Positions 20,201 through 28,230 of a DNA stretch of 64,000 bases are shown here, in pieces. The stretch comes from Bacteroides sp. GTDB lineage: Bacteria; Bacteroidota; Bacteroidia; Bacteroidales; P3. The DNA lies in NCBI GenBank assembly GCA_023662825.1, contig JAMPIH010000005.1, positions 72,007-136,006 of the forward strand, in the 5' to 3' direction. Positions within the stretch are counted from its first letter, which is position 1, and the number at the start of each line of letters is the position of its first letter. The notes under the pieces are model-generated. The model searched no databases and had not been told where the DNA came from. It saw only the letters and a program-made list of their open reading frames with translations. The translations under genes and the position numbers were made by a program.

Positions 20201-23200
20201 ACGACGCCCGGCCGGTGGCGGGTGCCACGGCGGGTGCCAATGCCGACGGAAGCCTGAAGAACCCCGAAACCCGTTGGGGCGGGGTCATGCGTAAGGTGAA
20301 CAACACCGACTTCGAGGCGGCCAACGTGGAATACATCGAGTTCTGGGTCATGGACCCCTTTATCGGCACCGACGGCAGGGATGGCAACCCGAGGCATTCG
20401 GGCGGCAAGCTCTACTTCAACTTGGGGGATATCTCCGAAGACGTGCTGCGCGACGGGCGTAAGTCGTTCGAAAACGGCCTGCCCACCTCCGAGGTGGTGG
20501 AAAACGTGGACGAGACCCAGTGGGGGCGCGTGCCCACGATACAGGCCATCGTGAACAGTTTCGACAACGATCCGGCCGCCCGCAAGTACCAGGACGTGGG
20601 ATTGGACGGACTTTCCTCCACCGATGAACGCTCCTTTTTCCGCGACTTCCTGGATGAGATGGGCGAGATTGCCGGGCAGAACTCCGAGACCTACCGCAAG
20701 ATCTACGAAGACCCCTCGTCCGACAACTACATGTACTTCAGGCGCGGAGTGTGGGATACGGTGCAGCATTCCGCCAACAAGATCGCCGACCGATACAAAT
20801 ACTACAACAACCCCGACGGCAACTCGCCTTCGAACGACGACAACCCCGAAAGCTATCCCACCCAGCAGACCAACTATCCCAATACCGAAGACATCAGCGA
20901 AGACAACACCCTCAACGAGGCCGAGAACTACTACCAGTACGAGGTGGATCTGGACCCTGACAAGATGGAAGTGGGCGAGGGCTACATCACCGACGTGTAT
21001 GAAGCCAATGTGAAGCTGAGCAACAACAATACCGCAAAGGTAAAGTGGTATCAGTTCAAGATTCCCGTAAATGAGCCCGACAAGGTGGTGGGGCAGATGC
21101 AGAACCTGCAGTCGGTGCGCTTCGTGCGTATGTTCATGCGCGGCTTCAAGGAGCCGGTGATCCTGCGTTTCGCCTCGCTCGACCTGGTGCGCTCCGACTG
21201 GCGCAAATACGACAACGCCCTGGTGGAGACCGGCGAGGCGGCACCGGGCGGTTCCAACACCACTTTCGAGGTGGCCACGGTGAACGTGGAAGAGAACGGA
21301 CAGCGTACGCCTATCCGCTACGTGCTGCCTCCGGGCATCGAACGTATGCTCGACCCCTCCGACCAGAACAATGTGGAGATGAACGAACAGTCGTTGAGCC
21401 TTAAGGTGACCAACCTGGCCGACGGCGATGCGCGCGGCATCTACCGGAACACCTCCTACGACATGCGTCAGTTCAAGAAGATGGAGATGTTCGTGCACAT
21501 GGAGAAGGTAAACGAGATGGACAACGCCCGCGACGGCGACGTGCACCTGTTTATCCGCATGGGTTCCGACAACCAGGACAACTACTACGAATACGACATT
21601 CCCCTGAGCTATACCGAATGGGGGCAGAGCGCGCGCGACCTGGTGTGGCCCGAAGCCAACAAGGTGGAGATAGACCTGAACGCCCTGGTAAAGGTAAAGG
21701 AAACCCGCAACCGCCTCATGCGCGAGTCGAACAGCGGTAGCGGTTACGCCACCGTGTATTCCGAGCAGATCGGCAAGGCCACCTATTCGGTAAGGGGAAC
21801 GCCCTCCATCAGCGCGGTCAAGACCATTTTGATCGGTTTGCGCAATCCCCGTCAGGGTAGGCCGAATGAGGAAGACGACGGCCGGGCCAAGTCGGTGGAA
21901 GTGTGGATCAATGAGTTCAGCCTCAACGAGTTCAAGAAAGAGGGCGGGGTGGCGGCCACCGCGCGCGCCCAGTTGGCCTTGGGCGATCTGGGTACGATTT
22001 CGGTGGCGGGAGCCTATACGCAGGCCAACTTCGGGCAGCTGGAACAGAAGCTTACCGACCTTTCGCAGAGCAACACCGCCTCGTACGACATCGCCGTCGA
22101 TCTGGAAATGGGGCGCTTTCTGCCCGAAAAGGCGGGAATCAAGCTGCCGGTGCACTACGATCTGTCTTCCACCATCAGCAATCCCAAATACAATCCGCTC
22201 GACCCCGACATCAAGACCAAAGACGATCTCAAGAACTATACTTCCAAGCAGGAAAAGAAAGAGTTCAAGAAAGCCATCCAGGACTACACGATACGGCAGA
22301 ACGTCAATTTGATGAACGTGCGCAAGGAACGCACCAACGCCGAGAAACAGCCGCAGTTCTGGGACATCGAGAACTTCAACATTTCCTACGCCTATTCGAG
22401 CACCCTGCACCGCGATGAAGACATGGAGTTCGACAACCAGACCATCCACAGGGGCGGCCTGGGCTACGACTATTCCACGGCCTCGCGCTTCTTCACGCCC
22501 CTGGGCAAGACCAAGATGGCCTCGAATCCTTGGGCGGCCATCCTCACCGACTTCAACGTGAACTACATCCCCAATATGTTCTCGTTCAACATGGAGCTGG
22601 AACGCGAGTATTCCGAAAGCAAGATGCGCAACAAGAACGCCGACTGGGATATATTGATGCCGTCCACGATCTACAAGCGTTTCGACTGGAGCCGCAACTA
22701 CAATTTCCGCTACGACCTCACCAAATCCATCAGCATCAACTATTCGGCCAACGCCAACAGCTACCTGCGCGAACCGCCCGGCCGCATCAACAACGCCTCC
22801 CGCCGCGATTCGGTATGGCGCAGCTTTATCCAGGGCGGAAGCATGACCAACTACGACCAGAATTTAGGATTCACCTATACGCTGCCCATCAACAAGATAC
22901 CTATCTTCGACTGGGTGGAAGGAAGCGCGGCCTACAACGCCGTTTACCGCTGGGAAGGCGGTTCGATCGCCACGCAGGAACGACTGGGGAACGTGATCAC
23001 GAACTCGATGGACGTATCTGCCAACGGTTCGGTGAATCTGGTGGGGCTGTACAACAAGATACCGTTCTTAAAGAAGATAAACGACGGCAACCGCCGCAAC
23101 CGCCGTGGCGGACGGAGCAACACCATCATGAGCCGCGCCAACCAGAAGGAAGAAGAGCCCGAGGTGAAGAGCGCGTGGAAAACCATCTACAAGGGCGCGC

Positions 23201-24582
23201 TCCGTTTCCTGATGATGGTGCGCGACGCCAACATCAGCTACAGCCGCAACGAGGGCACCTCTCTGCCCGGTTTTATGCCTGAACCCGACCTGTTCGGGGT
23301 CAACTTCGGCAAGGATGCGCCCGGTGCGGGATTCGCCCTCTTCGGCTCGCAGGCCGACATACGCCGCCGCGCCGCCCGCAACGGCTGGCTCTCCACCGAC
23401 AGCCTTATGACCACGCCTTACTACAAGCAGTTTACCGAGAGCGTAACAGCGCAGGTATCGGTGGAACCCTTCGTGGACTTCCGCATCACGCTCAACTTCG
23501 GCTACAGCAAGGTGGAGAACAAGTCGTCGTACTACACCTACAACAGCGGCCTGGGCGATTTCCGCGAAACCAACCCCTTGCTCAACGGCAGCTACAACGT
23601 TACCAACGTAATGATAGGAACGGCCTTCAGCAAGTTCGACAAGAAGTATTTCGACAAGACCTACCAGAAGTTTCTCGATAACCGCATCATCATTGCCGAG
23701 CGTATGGCCGCCGACAACGCCATCCCCGGCTACAATCCCCACAACCGTGTTTACGATACGGCGGCGCGCGGCTATTTCCCGCAGGGCTATATGTCGAACA
23801 ACCAGGATGTGATGATTCCCGCCTTGATTGCCGCCTACACGGGCCGCGACCCGCACAAGGTGTCGCTTTCGGCCATGGACAAGTTCCCGCTGCCCAACTG
23901 GTCGCTCACCTATTCGGGGCTCACCAAGATAAAGGGCGTGCGCAAGGTGTTCAAGAACTTCTCGATCTCGCATGCCTATTCCTCTTCCTATACGGTGGGG
24001 TCCTATACGAACAACCTGCTGTACAAGGACGCGCAGGATTTTGTGGAGAACATCGACGCCGGGGGCAACTTCCGCTCCAAGTACATCATGGACGGAATCG
24101 TGCTCAGCGAGCAGTTCTCGCCCCTCATCAAGATTAACATGACGTTCGTGAACGACCTCTCGCTTAATTTCGAGTACCGTCAGAGCCGTCAGATAGGCCT
24201 GAGTTTCGTAAACAACCAGATTACCGAGATGCGCACCAAGGAGTGGATCATCGGCGCCGGCTACCGTATCAAGAACGTGGGCTTCAAGGTTAATTCGGGC
24301 GGGGCGGGCAAGCGCCGCATCAGCAGCGACATCGTGCTGCGGGCCGACCTGAGTATCCGAGACAACATCCGCCTCCTGCGCAAGATCGACCAGCAGATAA
24401 ACACCCCCTCCGAAGGGGCGCTCATCACCTCCATCAATGTGTATGCCGAATACGAGATCACGCGCCAGATCTCGGCCCGCGTGTTCTACGACATGACGCT
24501 CAACAAGCCTTACATCGCCAACCAGTTCTACAACAGCAACGGCAGGGGCGGCATCAGCCTCACCTACAAGTTCACGCAATAG
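17287..24582 (+). CDS. sprA: Cell-surface protein SprA (Sov), the type IX secretion system translocon
   Basis: 2431 aa; MWKYWFC... N-terminus; giant beta-barrel architecture typical of SprA. Confidence 0.9.
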   Translation: MWKYWFCSILAIVTAWVLSAGVALSYAATSVYKPLALPPSWEDMPGVAERLYNAFYESPGATDYPAVPYAADFVQDDSLRYPIPQTPPNEDLPEDKSLYLKTNIVEEASYDPKTNEYVLTRKMGDVVLSRRHMTMDEYVKFTSQKAVRDYWKSKADYTPTTSSGLSGLIPGLNLDFLDEKLGKDLIKFDMNGSIGLEFALVGTRRDDPSLDIKHRRTFNFDFDADINVNLNATIADRLKFNISHNTEALFQFDNKFKLEYEGKEDEIVKNISAGNIDFPLNTTLISGVQELFGIKAKLQFGKTFITGVFSEQRSESTNVRVEGGAQSTEFELKVDEYEENRHFFLAQYFREHYHEALSELPLVNSRLKITKIEVWVTNIGSPVQNNRNIVAFTDLAESKPVTPGVRGYSFVRYPDQDRSNNLLTVFPKSSLRNLNTVGQYLQGRGLTNGKDFEKVESARRLDANEYSFNPALGFITLNQTLNSDQVLAVAFQYQIVGDTTVYQVGEFSDQGINDPQVLVVKLLKSSVLNTETPLWDLMMKNVYSLNTYQLSGENFRFNIMYSGNERGVPSGYFSDKECPVSGIPLIQVFGVDNLDTRQNRNPDGLFDYLDGAATGAGYIQSDKGLVYFPWPEPFGKDMVEMFGGDSVSAAKYRYDELYRKTKTEAQQYSEKNKYTFVGSYKSSGGSEISLGAYNLPEGSVKVMAGNTPLVENQDYTVNYSAGIVQIINPGVLASGVPIDIKTESRSNSLLTKRMMGLRVEHFFDEHFYVGATVMNLRQSTLTQKVNYGEEPISNTIYGFDASYDRESRWLTKAVDAILPFEDSKAPSRISLYGEFAHFLPGHSRAIGKSGTTYIDDFESSKSTINIKEPYSWYLASTPQKQNDLFPESQDQYSTTTVTGRNRAKLAWYTVDPIFYSSARPKNISKEDLSNHYTRRVLVNEVFPGRQLSSNEAQALTILNVAFYPSERGPYNYDARPVAGATAGANADGSLKNPETRWGGVMRKVNNTDFEAANVEYIEFWVMDPFIGTDGRDGNPRHSGGKLYFNLGDISEDVLRDGRKSFENGLPTSEVVENVDETQWGRVPTIQAIVNSFDNDPAARKYQDVGLDGLSSTDERSFFRDFLDEMGEIAGQNSETYRKIYEDPSSDNYMYFRRGVWDTVQHSANKIADRYKYYNNPDGNSPSNDDNPESYPTQQTNYPNTEDISEDNTLNEAENYYQYEVDLDPDKMEVGEGYITDVYEANVKLSNNNTAKVKWYQFKIPVNEPDKVVGQMQNLQSVRFVRMFMRGFKEPVILRFASLDLVRSDWRKYDNALVETGEAAPGGSNTTFEVATVNVEENGQRTPIRYVLPPGIERMLDPSDQNNVEMNEQSLSLKVTNLADGDARGIYRNTSYDMRQFKKMEMFVHMEKVNEMDNARDGDVHLFIRMGSDNQDNYYEYDIPLSYTEWGQSARDLVWPEANKVEIDLNALVKVKETRNRLMRESNSGSGYATVYSEQIGKATYSVRGTPSISAVKTILIGLRNPRQGRPNEEDDGRAKSVEVWINEFSLNEFKKEGGVAATARAQLALGDLGTISVAGAYTQANFGQLEQKLTDLSQSNTASYDIAVDLEMGRFLPEKAGIKLPVHYDLSSTISNPKYNPLDPDIKTKDDLKNYTSKQEKKEFKKAIQDYTIRQNVNLMNVRKERTNAEKQPQFWDIENFNISYAYSSTLHRDEDMEFDNQTIHRGGLGYDYSTASRFFTPLGKTKMASNPWAAILTDFNVNYIPNMFSFNMELEREYSESKMRNKNADWDILMPSTIYKRFDWSRNYNFRYDLTKSISINYSANANSYLREPPGRINNASRRDSVWRSFIQGGSMTNYDQNLGFTYTLPINKIPIFDWVEGSAAYNAVYRWEGGSIATQERLGNVITNSMDVSANGSVNLVGLYNKIPFLKKINDGNRRNRRGGRSNTIMSRANQKEEEPEVKSAWKTIYKGALRFLMMVRDANISYSRNEGTSLPGFMPEPDLFGVNFGKDAPGAGFALFGSQADIRRRAARNGWLSTDSLMTTPYYKQFTESVTAQVSVEPFVDFRITLNFGYSKVENKSSYYTYNSGLGDFRETNPLLNGSYNVTNVMIGTAFSKFDKKYFDKTYQKFLDNRIIIAERMAADNAIPGYNPHNRVYDTAARGYFPQGYMSNNQDVMIPALIAAYTGRDPHKVSLSAMDKFPLPNWSLTYSGLTKIKGVRKVFKNFSISHAYSSSYTVGSYTNNLLYKDAQDFVENIDAGGNFRSKYIMDGIVLSEQFSPLIKINMTFVNDLSLNFEYRQSRQIGLSFVNNQITEMRTKEWIIGAGYRIKNVGFKVNSGGAGKRRISSDIVLRADLSIRDNIRLLRKIDQQINTPSEGALITSINVYAEYEITRQISARVFYDMTLNKPYIANQFYNSNGRGGISLTYKFTQ

Positions 24583-24664
24583 TGCCGGTTGCCGGTTTGC
24601 CAAAAAAAACGTACTTTTACAACTTGTACGCTTAAAAACGCTAAACATTTAAACATATTACGAT

Positions 24665-25045
24665 ATGAACTTTCCTGAAAACCTCAAGTACACCGAAGAC
24701 CACGAATGGATCAAGGTGGAAGGCGACACCGCTTTGGTAGGCATTACCGACTACGCGCAGAAAGAATTGGGCGACATCGTTTTCGTTGATGTCACCACTG
24801 AAGGCGAGACCCTCGCCACGGGCGAAGTTTTCGGCAATATCGAAGCCGTGAAGACCGTTTCCGAGCTGATGTTGCCCGCCGGCGGCGAAGTGTTGGAGCT
24901 CAACCCCGCCTTGGCCGACGATCCCTCCTTGGTGAACAAGGATCCCTACGGACAGGGCTGGATCATCAAGGTTAAGCTGACCGATGCCGCCGAAGCCGCT
25001 TCGTTGATGAGCGCGGCCGACTACAAGGCCAAGATCGGAGCCTAA
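24665..25045 (+). CDS. gcvH: Glycine cleavage system protein H
   Basis: Lipoyl-binding motif ...IEAVKTVSEL... Confidence 0.95.
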   Translation: MNFPENLKYTEDHEWIKVEGDTALVGITDYAQKELGDIVFVDVTTEGETLATGEVFGNIEAVKTVSELMLPAGGEVLELNPALADDPSLVNKDPYGQGWIIKVKLTDAAEAASLMSAADYKAKIGA

Positions 25046-25132
25046 ACGTATTGAAAAGCCCTCGGATGCTTCGTTTCTGATTTACAAAGCCTCGCATCCG
25101 GGCATTTTTCAACACTTTAGTCCTTACCCCAA

Positions 25133-25166
25133 GGGGCTGCCTGCATGGACAGCCCCTCGGTTTTTA
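25133..25166 (+). terminator. Rho-independent terminator downstream of gcvH (ggggctg-N10-cagcccc then tcggttttt)
   Basis: 7-bp GC stem followed by a T-run. Confidence 0.6.
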
Positions 25167-25214
25167 TGGGAGGGCGTGTCTCTCCCCGATTGTTTTTACG
25201 AAAAATACCGGAAA

Positions 25215-26318
25215 ATGTCTTTGAACTGTGGAATTGTGGGTTTGCCCAATGTGGGGAAATCAACCTTGTTTAACTGTTTGAGCAATGCCAAGGCGCAGGC
25301 GGCCAACTTTCCGTTCTGCACCATCGAACCCAACGTGGGTGTGATTACCGTGCCCGACGAGCGGCTCAACGTGCTCGTGGAAATCGACAGTCCCAAGAAG
25401 GTGATTCCCGCCACGATGGAGATCGTGGATATCGCCGGCCTGGTGAAGGGCGCCAGCAAGGGCGAGGGTCTGGGAAACAAGTTCCTGGCCAATATCCGCG
25501 AAACGGATGCCATCATCCATGTGTTGCGCTGCTTCGAGGATCCAAACGTGACCCATGTGGACGGCAGCGTGGATCCGGTGCGCGACAAGGAAATCATCGA
25601 TGCCGAGCTGCAGCTCAAAGACCTCGAGACCATCGAGAACCGTATCGGCAAGGTGGAGAAGCAGGCGCAGAGCGGCGGCGACAAGGAAGCCAGGCGCATG
25701 CTGGGCATCCTGCAGAAATACCGGGAGGTGCTGAACCAGGGTCTGAGCGCGCGCACGGTGGAATGGGAAAGCAAGGATGACTGCCGCCTGGCCAGGGAAC
25801 TGTTCCTCTTGACCAACAAGCCGGTGCTGTATGTGTGCAACGTGGACGAGGCTTCGGCCAAGAACGGAAACGAATACGTGGAGGCGGTGCGCAAGGCCGT
25901 GGCGAGCGAGAATGCGCAGCTGCTGGTGGTGGCCGCCAAGACCGAGAGCGAGATCGCCGAACTGGAAACCTACGAGGAACGGCAGATGTTCCTGCAGGAG
26001 ATAGGCTTGGAGGAATCGGGCGTGAACCGTCTTATCAAGGCTTCCTACGCCTTGCTGAACCTGCAGACCTATTTCACCACCGGACCCGATGAAAGCCGTG
26101 CCTGGACGTTCGTAAAGGGAACCAAGGCACCGCAGGCGGCGGGTATCATCCACACCGATTTCGAAAAAGGCTTTATCCGCGCCGAGGTGATCAAATACGA
26201 CGACTACGTGAAATACCGCACCGAGGCCGCCTGCAAGGAAGCCGGCAAGTTAGGCGTGGAAGGCAAGGACTACGTGGTGCAGGACGGGGATATCCTGCAT
26301 TTCCGCTTTAACGTTTAA
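25215..26318 (+). CDS. ychF: Redox-regulated ATPase YchF (Obg-family GTPase)
   Basis: GIVGLPNVGKSTLFN G1 motif; TGS domain; the track ORF starts at GTG 25176 and the ATG is at 25215. Confidence 0.95.
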   Translation: MSLNCGIVGLPNVGKSTLFNCLSNAKAQAANFPFCTIEPNVGVITVPDERLNVLVEIDSPKKVIPATMEIVDIAGLVKGASKGEGLGNKFLANIRETDAIIHVLRCFEDPNVTHVDGSVDPVRDKEIIDAELQLKDLETIENRIGKVEKQAQSGGDKEARRMLGILQKYREVLNQGLSARTVEWESKDDCRLARELFLLTNKPVLYVCNVDEASAKNGNEYVEAVRKAVASENAQLLVVAAKTESEIAELETYEERQMFLQEIGLEESGVNRLIKASYALLNLQTYFTTGPDESRAWTFVKGTKAPQAAGIIHTDFEKGFIRAEVIKYDDYVKYRTEAACKEAGKLGVEGKDYVVQDGDILHFRFNV

Positions 26319-26457
26319 TTAATGTCTTTCTTTTTTCTTTGAGCGACAAAGGAAATGGGCGGTCGGCATTGGTTGACTGCCCCATTTTTATGGGTTGAAA
26401 AGGTAAAATTTTGAACAGTTAATCAAGTTTTATATGATTAAGTGTTCGAAAAATTAC

Positions 26458-26465
26458 TATCTTTG
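26458..26465 (+). promoter_or_regulatory. Bacteroidetes sigmaA -7 element (TAtcTTTG) immediately upstream of abiEi
   Basis: Matches the TAnnTTTG consensus 5 nt before ATG 26471 (would give a leaderless or very short-leader mRNA). Confidence 0.35.
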
Positions 26466-26470
26466 CGGCT

Positions 26471-27094
26471 ATGAATGTGTTGGCTCAATTGGGCAATGTT
26501 CCGGTGGATAGCGGAAGTCTGGCGGCTCTTTATCCGGAAATCAGCGGTCGGAACCAGAAACTGAGCGGCTTGGAACGTTCCCGTCAGGTGCTGCGTTTAA
26601 AGCGCGGGCTTTACGTGGTTCACCCGGAGGTCAGCGGCAAGGCGCTTTCCACCGAACTGATCGCGAACCGTCTCTACGGCCCATCGTATGTTTCCATGCA
26701 CTATGCCTTGCGCTATTACGGCCTGATTCCCGAAGCGGTCCACACCGTGCAGTCGCTCACGGTAAAGCATTCGCGCGCCTTCGAGACCCCGGTGGCCTAT
26801 TTCGATTACCTGTCTTGTCCGCGCGATTATTTTCCGGTGGGCATCCGGCATGAAGTAAGAGACGGCTACTCCTTCGTGATCGCCACGCCTGAAAAGGCGC
26901 TCTGCGACCTTATAGCCTATACGCCCCGCCTGAACCTGCGTTACCGCAAGCAAATCTTGGCCTATCTGGAAGAAGACCTCCGTTTCGATATGGAAGCCTT
27001 CGCAAGGATGAACGCCGATATATTCCGGCAATGCGCCCGCACCGGCAAGAAGAAAACCGCCATGAACCTGTTGGCTCAAATTTTGGAACGATGA
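26471..27094 (+). CDS. abiEi: AbiEi family protein (type IV TA / abortive infection antitoxin-transcriptional regulator)
   Basis: N-terminal wHTH-like region; followed by and overlapping (ATGA) an AbiEii nucleotidyltransferase gene. Confidence 0.75.
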   Translation: MNVLAQLGNVPVDSGSLAALYPEISGRNQKLSGLERSRQVLRLKRGLYVVHPEVSGKALSTELIANRLYGPSYVSMHYALRYYGLIPEAVHTVQSLTVKHSRAFETPVAYFDYLSCPRDYFPVGIRHEVRDGYSFVIATPEKALCDLIAYTPRLNLRYRKQILAYLEEDLRFDMEAFARMNADIFRQCARTGKKKTAMNLLAQILER

Positions 27095-27915
27095 ACGATA
27101 TTTATCAGGATATGCTCTCCGCTTACGACCTCTCGTCGGAGCAGGCTAGGCGGAATGCCACTTTCGAGGTGAATCAGCAGGTGATTCTTGCCGGCTTGTA
27201 TCGGGGTGGATTCTTTAATCGGGCGGCCTTCTATGGCGGAACCTGCCTGCGTATCTTCCACGGGCTGGATCGTTTTAGCGAGGATATGGATTTCTCGCTG
27301 CTCGCGCCCGATGCCGACTTCGATTTCGAGGCGTATTTCCCCTTTGTCATCGATGAATTCGCCTTGGTGGGAAGAAGCGTGGAGATAAAGAAAAAAGACA
27401 AGAAGGGTTTCGGCAAGGTGGAGTCTGCCTTTCTCAAAGACAATACGGAGGTGTACGACCTTACGTTTCAAACGGAAAAGAGCATCCGTATCAAGATAGA
27501 GGTGGATATTTGTCCGCCGCTACAATTCAGCACGGAAGAACGTCTGCTGTTGCAGCCCAGTTCGTTTATGGCGCGTTGTTTTACGCTGCCCGACCTCTAT
27601 GCGGGCAAGATGCACGCTATGGTGTTTAGGGCGTGGAAACACCGCGTAAAGGGGAGGGATTGGTACGATTTCGAATGGTATGTGCGCAAGAGGATTCCGC
27701 TCGATTTCGCGCACCTGCAGGAACGGATTCAGACATTCAACGGCACGGAAATGTCAAAGGAAGCCTTTATCTGCCTGCTAAAGGACAGGATAGCATCGGC
27801 GGATATCCGTCAGGTGATCCAAGACGTGGAACCCTTTATCCGAAATCGGGAGGCCCTGAAGATCTGGTCGAACGATTACTTTTTGCAGTTGGTCGACAGG
27901 ATGGAATTCTTGTAA
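27091..27915 (+). CDS. abiEii: AbiEii/AbiGii nucleotidyltransferase-family toxin (DUF1814)
   Basis: GGTCLRIFHG...RFSEDMDF nucleotidyltransferase motif; start/stop ATGA overlap with abiEi. Confidence 0.8.
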   Translation: MNDIYQDMLSAYDLSSEQARRNATFEVNQQVILAGLYRGGFFNRAAFYGGTCLRIFHGLDRFSEDMDFSLLAPDADFDFEAYFPFVIDEFALVGRSVEIKKKDKKGFGKVESAFLKDNTEVYDLTFQTEKSIRIKIEVDICPPLQFSTEERLLLQPSSFMARCFTLPDLYAGKMHAMVFRAWKHRVKGRDWYDFEWYVRKRIPLDFAHLQERIQTFNGTEMSKEAFICLLKDRIASADIRQVIQDVEPFIRNREALKIWSNDYFLQLVDRMEFL

Positions 27916-27919
27916 TGGT

Positions 27920-27954
27920 CTTTCTTTTTCTTTGTCGCACAAAGAAAAAGAAAG
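27920..27954 (+). terminator. Perfect 16-bp stem hairpin (ctttctttttctttgt-cgc-acaaagaaaaagaaag) immediately after abiEii
   Basis: Perfect inverted repeat; a partial third copy of the arm at 27958-27976. Confidence 0.55.
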
Positions 27955-28177
27955 GACGCAAAGAAAAAGAAAGCGCTCCTCAGCGGAGGGCAAGTGGTGC
28001 TTGCCAGGGGCTTCGACCTCTCGCGCACCCTGCGCACTTGGCCTGCGCCATGGAATAACTTACGGGGCTGCACCCCGCAAGAACCCGCGCCCTACGCTGC
28101 GGTCGGTGCCTCCGGCGGTTGGTTGGCATGCTTGCTTCGCTTGCGCGCGGTGGGCGCCTTCAGCGAGGATGAAAAAG

Positions 28178-28210
28178 AAGAAGGCGGTTTCCGACAGGAA
28201 ACCGCCTTCT
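28178..28210. terminator. Bidirectional hairpin (agaaggcggtttcc-gacag-ggaaaccgccttct) at the 3' end of the LRR-MBG gene
   Basis: 14-bp perfect stem; flanked by A/T runs. Confidence 0.55.
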
Positions 28211-28230
28211 TGCTTTGCAGGGCGCTGAGG

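Noticed and set aside
17750-24650. Many long ORFs antisense or out of frame within sprA (e.g. 19831..22449, 23068..24648, 17773..18534)
   Set aside because: Arg/Ala/Gly/Val-rich low-complexity translations typical of high-GC DNA read in the wrong frame; they are fully nested in a confidently identified 2431-aa SprA gene.
27960-28180. Possible tRNA or tmRNA fragment in the GC-rich spacer (contains ggcttcgacc resembling a T-loop)
   Set aside because: No acceptor or anticodon stem arrangement could be built; only isolated short stems.
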